This document shows, in pieces, positions 56,686 to 57,948 of a stretch of 57,948 nt of DNA. Source of the stretch: a virus (lineage: Duplodnaviria; Caudoviricetes); IMG/VR virus record IMGVR_UViG_3300045283_000172, positions 1 through 57,948 of that record. One strand, given 5' to 3'. How positions within the stretch are numbered: position 1 is the stretch's first letter; each line of letters opens with the position of its first letter. The translations under genes were made by a program, and so were the position numbers. Under the pieces are notes generated by a model that made no database searches, was not told where the DNA came from, and worked only from the letters and a program-made list of their open reading frames with translations.

Positions 56686-57399
56686 ATGATCCCTCAAAAT
56701 ATTTTAGTAACGAATGCTAAAGATCTTCTAAATCATATTATTGACAATATAAATAAGGACAATAAAGTAAAAAAATCTATGTATAAAAAGTACATAGATG
56801 TATTCACAAAAAATATCGATATTGTTCTTAATGAATTTAACAAAACAGATTGTGAGTCAGTCCATTTTAAATTAATAGATTCGAAATTATATTTTAACAT
56901 AGGTAATAATGGGGTTTATGAATATTATTCTACTAACTTGCCTGTTAATGCCGAACTTATTAAACAGAGAGGTCATCCCTTTTTAGGTCTACTAATAGCT
57001 GATCTAAAGTCAATTATATACAAGAATGGTTTTAAGTATATTGAGGATTTACTCAATAGATTATTAGGTGGTGTAGGTTTAGGGGCAAAGGATCGGGTTC
57101 CGGAAGCAGAGAGGGAGGCATTTATTTTATCAGTAGGGGAAAAGTTCGCCGAACAGATTGATAAATTAATTATTACTTTATCTCAGCATGCTAAAATGGC
57201 TGATGATGTAGATGGGTTTGTGCTCGCAGAATGGGATGATAAAAGGTCTTTAATTGATGCTAAAACTTTACACATGGTATGTAAAAACACAGATAATTTT
57301 AACGAATTTTTCTATAAATATATAGAAACAACGATAGTACTTATGGCTAGAAGTGCTTTTGAGCTTGAACAAATAGTTGATAAGATAAAATATAATTAG
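56686..57399 (+). CDS. Hypothetical protein
   Basis: 237 aa ORF downstream of a TTGACT promoter-like element. Confidence 0.8.
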   Translation: MIPQNILVTNAKDLLNHIIDNINKDNKVKKSMYKKYIDVFTKNIDIVLNEFNKTDCESVHFKLIDSKLYFNIGNNGVYEYYSTNLPVNAELIKQRGHPFLGLLIADLKSIIYKNGFKYIEDLLNRLLGGVGLGAKDRVPEAEREAFILSVGEKFAEQIDKLIITLSQHAKMADDVDGFVLAEWDDKRSLIDAKTLHMVCKNTDNFNEFFYKYIETTIVLMARSAFELEQIVDKIKYN

Positions 57400-57408
57400 A
57401 AATAAAGT

Positions 57409-57807
57409 ATGAGCATCAGAGGTAAAAAATATCTAAAGAAAGGTTTAGAGGAGATAAATCTTACAGCAGAAGATTCCTATGATTACATATCTAGATACAG
57501 TGATAAGTGTACTCATCTATTATGGAGGATAGAAAGTTTACTATGGGAGTTAGATCACTTAGAAGGAATACCAACTAAGTTTGATAGAGTAGCATGGGAT
57601 GAGGGTAAGATCACACTTAAAAGGACATTAGAAATACCTCCATCAACGTCTGAAAAATTCCCAGATACTATAAGGAAATATGTAGAGTTAATGATACAAT
57701 CATTAAAGGAAGACGGGGATTCTCTAAATGAGGATTTGATTAATTGGAAAGAATGCTTAGGTATAAAAGGTAAGAAAATATTATCAGGTATAAAAAAATA
57801 TGAATGA
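57409..57807 (+). CDS. Hypothetical protein
   Basis: 132 aa ORF. Confidence 0.7.
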   Translation: MSIRGKKYLKKGLEEINLTAEDSYDYISRYSDKCTHLLWRIESLLWELDHLEGIPTKFDRVAWDEGKITLKRTLEIPPSTSEKFPDTIRKYVELMIQSLKEDGDSLNEDLINWKECLGIKGKKILSGIKKYE

Positions 57808-57948
57808 GATTATATTTTGGGTTGGTTTAGGTGTTACTATTTTCTATGTAGTGGTCTCTATTATTTATATGGTTCAATTAAATAGAATGGTAACTCACTA
57901 TAGAGAAATAATATTGTTCTATCGAGAAACTTGTAATCGTTTAGAAGA
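57800..57948 (+). CDS. Membrane-anchored protein spanning the circular junction (stop at 156-158)
   Basis: MNEIIFWVGLGVTIFYVVVSIIY...NRPKG stays open across the join. Confidence 0.7.
   Translation, partial: MNEIIFWVGLGVTIFYVVVSIIYMVQLNRMVTHYREIILFYRETCNRLE
57822..57948. repeat. Terminal direct repeat, copy 2
   Basis: Identical to 1-127. Confidence 0.95.

Noticed and set aside
1-57948. Alternative genetic code or suppressor tRNA
   Set aside because: Core genes are full-length in the standard code and both tRNAs have sense anticodons

Overview
An apparently complete, circularly assembled dsDNA phage genome of 57,821 bp: bases 1-127 are repeated exactly at 57822-57948, and an ORF reads through the join. 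It is AT-rich and podovirus-like. The + strand carries terminase, portal, GroES, scaffold, capsid, adaptor/nozzle, fibre and ejection genes (5195-37694). The - strand carries a replication operon (SNF2 helicase, VRR-NUC, family-B polymerase, SSB, Cas4-like exonuclease; 37835-46961). A divergent control region follows, with an Arc-like regulator, an iteron-type origin candidate and a primase-helicase. There are two intact tRNAs. I recognise no integrase or endolysin. Four ankyrin genes, a patatin inside the virion module, a GH72-like glycoside hydrolase, YadA-neck fibres and alphaproteobacterial XRE regulators suggest (inference) a host that is an intracellular, Rickettsiales-like symbiont. The most unusual signal is that many orphan ORFs look like compressed, strongly diverged tandem copies of the adjacent upstream gene(s), and are often bounded by 17-31 bp direct repeats of the gene junction. 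This suggests a recurrent duplication-based gene-birth process. All family calls and alignments were made by eye; no database was searched.
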